From: Octopus bimaculoides | Lineage: Eukaryota | Length of the DNA stretch: 64,000 nt | Reading direction: 5' to 3' | NCBI RefSeq assembly: GCF_001194135.2 | Contig: NC_068992.1 | Span: forward strand, 63,773,456 to 63,837,455 | Shown here: in pieces, positions 56,681 to 64,000 of the stretch | Layout of the letters: every line of letters begins with the position of its first letter | Position numbering within the stretch: position 1 is the stretch's first letter | Translations under genes and position numbers: made by a program | The notes under the pieces: model-generated | Database searches by the model: none | Told to the model about the DNA's origin: nothing | What the model saw: the letters and a program-made list of their open reading frames with translations, nothing else

Positions 56681-57095
56681 AGGTGCAGGCATGGTTGTGA
56701 GGTTAAGAAGCTCACTTTGCAACCCTGTGGTTTCAGGTTCGGTCCCACTGCACAGCACCTTCAGCAAGTGTCTTCTACTAAAACCCCAGGTTGACCAGTG
56801 CCTTGTGAGTGAATTTTGTAGATGGAAACTACGTAGAAGCTCATCGTATACCATATAAGTGTGTGTGCATATTCACATCTGTGTGTGCATCTATGTTTGT
56901 CCTCCTCCTCACCTCTTGACCAGTGTTAGTTTGTTTATGTCCCTGTAACTTAACGATTTAGTGGAAGAGACTACTAGAATAAATATCGGACGTAAAAAAA
57001 AAAATAAAATAAATAAGTACTGGGGTTGATTAAAACCCTTCAAGGCAATGCTCCAGCATGGCTGCAGTCCAATGACTGAAACAAGCAAAAGATAA
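56681..57095 (+). mobile_element. Near full-length SINE family A (head, microsatellite linker, tail)
   Basis: GGCATGGTTGTGAGGTTAAGAAG..GGTTCGGTCCCACTG (B-box-like)..CAGCAAGTGTCTTCTAC..TTGTTTATGTCCCTGTAACTTA..CCCTTCAAGGCAATGCTCCAGCATGGCTGCAGTCCAATGACTGAAACAAG; similar at 53605-53925, 62818-63195(+), 24340-24705(-). Confidence 0.8.
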
Positions 57096-59682
57096 GCAAT
57101 TGAGGTGGATAAATATTTCCTATATTAATTTTGATCATTATTACTTATTAAGCAATATTCAGTAATCTGATTGTCTAAAAGAGCCATGGGGCAACTTTTG
57201 CCAAGAAGCGGGTCCACATGAGAGATGGATCATCATGAAGCAGGTCACTCTAAAAAAAAAAGATTCCAGGTAATTCATCATTAAGCATGTCATTTAATAA
57301 ACCCAAGAGGTTGCTGTTTGCCCATGGCTAGTCTAACACCAACAAGGAAACAACTATGTGGTCAGTTTGCTAGAAATAGCAGTTAAATTTGCTTTAAGTC
57401 ACATTGCTACTGTTTTTTTCTTTTTTAAGACATACTGGATAATATAGTCTAAGAACCAATGTACAAAAAAAAAAATCAAAACAGAATGGTCAAGAATGGA
57501 ATACTTTTTCAATGAGGGTTGATATGGAATTACCTACACATTTACCCATCTTCTGTAGTCAGAAATATTATGCTAACCTAAATAGCTAGACAAGCACAAG
57601 TTTTCTCTCCAGACATTGAGTGACGAGAAGTTCAAGTTGGACCTTAGCAGTATTAATTTTCAGTCTGGAGCAACTGTCTCTCTTCCTTGAATTACATACA
57701 ATAAAGATGAGAAGCATTAGCATGACTGCATAGTTAAGAAGTTCACTTCCCAACCACTTGGTTTTAGGTTCAGTCCCACTGCATGGAACCTTGGGTGCCT
57801 TCTCGTATATAGCCCCAGGCTGACCAATGCCTTCCCAGTGCATTTTGTCGTGTATGCTTGTTTACTTATATACGTACATGTGCATATACATGTATGTATG
57901 CATTTGTGTGCATGCACATGCAGACATATTTATGCATGTACACATGTATGCATGTACATCTTTATATTTGTGCTTCTCAAAACTTACTGAGTTGCAAGCC
58001 ATGTTGCTATCATTTTCCCCTATCAACAAATCAAATGCTGGCTTCATGCCTTCGAAGAAATATGGAATACTTGAATAAACAAATAATTAGTGAGAGAAAC
58101 AGATAAACAATCAGTGAGGGAAAGGGTATCTGGCTGTAAAACAATGCCTCCATATTACGTTTGTCAAATCCATGCTAGCATGGAAAAAGGGAAGTAAAAA
58201 ACCAAGTGAATATTTAACATTCCCTTAATGAATGGAGGTGGTGTGGGAACAGAAAGGAAAATGTTATAATTTGTCTTTTTATTTCATTTATATTTTATTC
58301 ACTGATATTCAAAGCCATCCTCTATATTATTAATGCCTTCTATTAACCTTTGCTGAACCTATTTCTAGCAACATTAGACTAACAGCATCTCTATTGATTT
58401 ATCTAAAAGTCATATCTACAGCTAGTTTAAGCTGCTGCTGTTTCAAAGACAACTTATCAAAAACGTTCTTACACAAAGCTATGAGGGAATTTTCCCCTTG
58501 AGTTATAATTCCTATAAAAAATACATATTAAAAAGAAAATAGAAATTTCCAATATTAAATACGTAAACCGACATGGAGAGGTTGAGATGGATCGGTGAGG
58601 GGGTAGATATGAGAAAGGTTGGAATGGATGAGAATCTTGGAAATTAAATGAATAATGGCAAGATTTCCTTTTAATTTATTAAATTTCATGAAGGCAAATT
58701 ACAGAAATGAAAATATTAGAATCGTAAGTAAGCCTTAAATGCAGTCTCAAGTTCTCTTAAAAAACAGAATTTGATAATTACATTTAGCAACTAATTTAAT
58801 TTCAAGTGTTCAAACATGGAGCAACAAAAGCATATAGTTTCACAAGATTTTTATCAAATACAAAATTATTCATTTCTTATATTGTTGTTATTTAAAGATT
58901 GAGTTATCATTGTAACTCGGTGCAAAATATAAATGCAAAAAAGACAAAGCAACGATGTTAGATATTCTACAAATATATGAAGCAGTTGAAGAAAGAAAAA
59001 AAGACTCCAAAAATAAACAATACAAGTGATATTTTGTAATAAAGCTGTAAATGAATCAGTTTTGTTCTTGGCATAAATACAAAAGTATACAGAGTTGAAG
59101 AGACGGAGAGTTTCAACCAGCGATAAATAAATAAGGCTGGTAGGTTTGCCAGAAGCTGATCAAAAAATAGTCAAATGCAATGAAACAAGACACCTACAGC
59201 CATACTTTGATGACGACAAAATCAAGTACAAAAGAGACAATAAGACATTTCTAGAATACAACTTAAATGTCTTTACCATAAACCTCACATGTAGCACATT
59301 ACATCTTTATCTTTTGTTTATTTCAGACATTAGACTGTGGCCATGCTGGGGCATGGCCTTGAAGGGTTTAGCTGAACAAATCAACCATAGGAATTTTTTT
59401 TTTAAATCTGAAACTTATTCTGTCAGTGTCTTTTGTTCAATTGCTTAGTTACATGGATGTAAATAAACCAACACTGGTTGTCAAGTGTGGAGGGACAAAC
59501 ACAAAGATACATGTATATACATTCTTGGAACAGCAGATATTGAACCACACACATAAAGCTACAAATTATAGCAAGTAAATATTAGGTTGAAAAGCCTTTT
59601 GGATAGAAAAATGTCACAGGCTGCCCATGGGACAGAAACCCACATCTCCTGTAGACATGGCACACATTGTCAAAACACACAC

Positions 59683-59719
<37 letters not shown>

Positions 59720-61102
59720 NNNNNNNNNNNNNNNNNNNNNNNNNNNNNNNNNNNNNNNNNNNNNNNNNNNNNNNNNNNNNNNNNNNNTATATATGTATAT
59801 GACAGACTTCCACAGTTGCTATCTACCAAATTCAGACACAAGGCATTGACTGACCCAGAGCTGTAGTAGAAGACACTTGCCCAAGGTGCCACGCAGTAGG
59901 ACTGAACCTGAAACAATGTGGAAACCAAAGTAAGTTTCTTAACTGCACAACCATGTTTGAACCTATAACCAAATGATTTTAAACATTTGGCTTGACTCCA
60001 TTACTGACAGGAAGCCAAACATCCATTATTTAAACAAAATCATTAAATTCTGCTAAAACCTAAATCTTCAGAGACATTTTCTAGCAACTTAAGGAAATTC
60101 CAATTACATCACAGTCAGATGGTAGACAGGTAAATGTGGTAGAATGGAGAGAAATTCTAGCCAAAGTAGTGTGGAAGCCAGTTTCAGTTCTTGGTTATTT
60201 CTGTCATTTGGGCTCTTCATGCAGAACTAAACAATCACATCTGATTAGACATTTCGAGCACCAATTTGGAAGACAGAAAAGAGAAACAGCTCACAAACAG
60301 GATCCAAACCACATATCTGCTGTTTACTGAATAAGACTAATTTCCTTCTTAGTGTTGGATAGAATTCCTCACAGCATTCTCATTCTCTGGGTTTGAATCC
60401 ATCTACGATCAACTTTACCTTTCATCCGCTCAGGGTCAACAAATAAGCAATTGTACAGGGCAGTTGATTGGTGGGTCAAGATCCTTTGAGATATCTGTTC
60501 CATCTTTTTGCATTCTGGCAGTAATGTCTGTAACAATACTGGTGCCAAACTTCTATCAGCCCAAGTATGCTGCCTTGCCCTAGGGTAACATCAATGGGGT
60601 GGAGAAAGGAGATCTGCTCTCCTACCTCTCCATGGCCAACTACCAGTCTCCCTCAAAAAAATCTTACCCAGGTTGACCAGTCATCTGCCTATGTTTAGAT
60701 GGTCAACCTTGACCAATGGAGCCACCTACCTCCCCACCACCATATTGCTCATTAGGTAATTATTTTACAGATTATGTCAGTGTCTGCCAATTAGGGACTA
60801 TAAACTACAGACTGCATTTTTACCTCTTCTTTCACATATCTTAAATGTACTAATTTTGTCCCCACAGGGTATTATCACCTACCTAATGCTAGCAAGATGG
60901 ATAGTCTATGCCACTAATTAGTGATTATAATATAGGCTCAGACATGGCTATGAGGTGAGAAGTTTGCTTCCCAAACATATGGTCTCAAGTTTAGTCCCAC
61001 TGTGTGACACCTTGGGCAAGTGTCTTCTAAAGAACCTTGAGCCAACTAAAGCCTTGTGAGTGGATTTGTTAAACAGAAACTGAAAAATGCCCATCGTATG
61101 TA

Positions 61103-61140
<38 letters not shown>

Positions 61141-61320
61141 CATACATACATAAAGGTGGCTTTTTAGCAATTTTTCAACCGAAAGGTAAATATATATACA
61201 TCACTAAAGCAAGAGAGGGCACTATTCAGCACCAGTATTGCTAGAAATAAGAGCGAAAACAATTTATAGCCACAATAAGCACCATCTCATTGACTGACAA
61301 GTGAGATGCAAACACATGCA

Positions 61321-61351
<31 letters not shown>

Positions 61352-61658
61352 NNNNNNNNNNNNNNNNNNNNNNNNNNNNNNNNNNNNNNNNNNNNNNNNN
61401 NNNNNNNNNNNNNNNNNNNNNNNNNNNNNNNNNNNNNNNNNNNNNNNNNNNNNNNNNNNNNNNNNNNNNNNNNNNNNNNNNNNNNNNNNNNNNNNNNNNN
61501 NNNNNNNNNNNNNNNNNNNNNNNNNNNNNNNNNNNNNNNNNNNNNNNNNNNNNNNNNNNNNNNNNNNNNNNNNNNNNNNNNNNNNNNNNNNNNNNNNNNN
61601 NNNNNNNNNNNNNNNNNNNNNNNNNNNNNNNNNNNNNNNNNNNNNNNNNNNNNNNNNN

Positions 61659-61693
<35 letters not shown>

Positions 61694-64000
61694 GTCTCCT
61701 TGTTTTGCCTTCATGAGATATCTGTAGATGACTGTCACCATCATGCAAACGGTTTCTTTCATTTCTAATCTTCCATGAATCATGTGTAGTCAGTGGGGGG
61801 ATTATTACCTTGCTTGGGAACAGGTAAGGGTTGGTGACAGGAAGGGCATCCTACCATAGAAATTCTGCCTCATCACACTCCATCTGACCCATGCAAGCAT
61901 GGAAAAGTGAACATTAAACAATAATCATGATGATGAGTATCTGGTATCATCATCATTCATCATCTCTTTTCTATGCTGGCATGGGTTGGACTATTTGACA
62001 GAAACTGGTAAAGCCAGAAGCCACAGCTGGCTCCGTGGTCTGTTTTGACATGGTTTCTACAGCTGGATGCTCTTCCTAATACCTATCATTTTACAGACTG
62101 TACTGGAAGGTTTTTTCATGCAGCATCAGTGCTTTTTCACATGGCACCCAGCATTGGTGCTTCTTTTTTCTATGTGACACCAGCACTGGAAATTCTTTTT
62201 TATGTGACACCAGCACCTGTGATTTTGATTATATAAAAAAAAGCCCCAGTGCTACGTCACTGGGGCTTTATCACATGACACCAGTACCGGTACTTTTTCA
62301 CATGACATCAGCACTTTCGACATGATGCCACCACTGGTGCTTTTTAACGTGACACTCACAAGGTCACCAACCACCTTCCAAGACATTAAAACTTTAATAG
62401 ATTATTTATAATATAAATATCGCTATTTCACATCTTACAAGTCAGAAGCATTATACTCATGTAAGAAAACATTATTCATTACCGTAGAAACTGGATTTAA
62501 ATTTAATTACAGAGAAAAACTCGATGTTTTGTCACACAAATTACATTATACAACATTGTTCAGATATTAGCTATTGTTAGATGATTCAATTTACAGAAGC
62601 AGCTGTTTGTGGAGACAATTGAATGAAATTCACTGGAAATGAATGAGTAAACCAGTCTTACAACAATCATATTTGCTAATACAATGTCATCTTTTTCTAG
62701 TTTATAGAACAAGTAAACCAAGAACAGTCCTGTTGAACTGATTATAACAAAGTAATTTGGAACTGTATATCTTTTAAGAATGAATATAAATGAACAAAAA
62801 GAAACAAAATAAAACAGTAGGCATGGCTGTGTGATTAAGAGGCTCACTCTGCAACCACTTGGTTTCAGGTTCAGTCCCACTGCACAGCACCTTGGGCATC
62901 TTCTGTGATAGTCCCGAGGCCAACCAATGCTTTGTGAGTGAATTTAGTAGATGGAAATTGTGTGGAAACCTATCGTGTGTGTGCCTTTAGGACCATCACA
63001 CACACATGCTTGACAACCAGAGTTGATTTGTTTACGTTCCCATAACCTAGCAGTTCAGCAAAAGTGACTGATGGAATAAGTACCCGACTTCAAAAAACAA
63101 ATACCTATGTGATGGGGTCAATTTGTTCAACTAAAATCCTTCAAGGTGGAGCCCCAGCTTGGCCACAGTCTAATGACTGAAATAAGTATATGATAAAAGT
63201 AAAAGAATCTAAAATTTTCTCAACTAAAATGTTGAACATTTTATAATAAAAATCCTGCAACAACTAGTCAACCATGAAGAACAAAAACCTTATGGTTGAC
63301 TTCAGGCAATGATCTTTCAGGAAAATCAAATTAATTTTCAGGACAGATTAAGATGGTTAATGTTCAGCTCCCAAATCAGCTCTGTTCATGCAGACATATA
63401 GCCAAAAATATTATAACTTTGAAAATCCCCTCCCTTCAGGTATCCATACCTGTGCCTGTATTATATACACAATAATTAAAATAATGTAATTTACTGCAAT
63501 TTGTTATGTGTGTGATTCCCTGCTTCAAGTGAAAATTGTCTTGCTTGAAACTGGTCCACAGTGCGAAAAAAAAAGGTTGGGGGCACTGCTCTAAGGAACA
63601 GAGTAAATGGCTAGTTTATGCAAACAAAATAAATATTGCTTCTGTATAGGAACCAGTGTTTCTTTCTACCTCTGTGCAAGAACCATAATGTGGAACCTGT
63701 CTAAAGAATACTTATAATTGGAATGGATAAAACATTTTCTTATTTTTCGGCATACAAGTCAAATTCTTGCAGACTGAAATGTACAGCCTCAAAAAGGAAG
63801 GCTGACATACACCAAGACAACATCAGTGGGCCAAAAATTCTATGTGAAATGCAGAAGGATTTGGAAAGATAGTGACAATACTTGCCTGATAGTGACAATA
63901 TTTGCATGCACAATATATTAAGTCAGCTTGTATGCCATAAAATAAAATATTGACGAATTAGATACAAAAAACTTACTTGGATTGGACAATTAGAGAACAC

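Noticed and set aside
59146-59448. 100-aa plus-strand ORF in semi-unique sequence
   Set aside because: It has a TTG start, no recognisable motif, and its 3' half runs into a SINE tail.
60620-60640. GCCATGGAGAG|GTAGGA as the UBE4B start exon (similarly 63665-63690)
   Set aside because: Both end in phase 2, whereas exon 54666 needs phase 0, and neither resembles MEELSADE.

Overview
This is AT-rich, microsatellite- and SINE-dense animal genomic DNA with 8 assembly gaps. The repeat families look like those of an octopod cephalopod (inference from recall, not verified by search). The window is occupied by one intron-rich gene on the minus strand, the ubiquitin conjugation factor E4 B orthologue (UBE4B/Ufd2). 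I hand-spliced 23 coding exons from 54666 down to 279. All introns are GT-AG, all junction phases are consistent, and the joined frame is 3139 nt (1046 codons + 1 nt) with no stops. The first coding exon (MEELSADE-like in human) was not found, and the U-box exon(s) lie left of the window. Introns hold at least four SINE-like families, hAT, mariner, piggyBac, Tc2 and Tigger-type MITEs, a Helitron-like element, a decayed LINE piece and several minisatellites. Two observations stand out. (1) A tRNA-headed SINE-like element carries a minimal Penelope-type hammerhead ribozyme in its body and occurs as head-to-head palindromes at about 4 kb and about 35.5 kb; both intact ribozyme cores are sense to the UBE4B pre-mRNA. 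(2) Two candidate exons (55 + 113 nt) missed by the ORF track lie in the 18-kb intron; together they keep the frame and would add a 56-aa basic segment to UBE4B. Nearly all ORF-track ORFs outside these exons are microsatellite artefacts.
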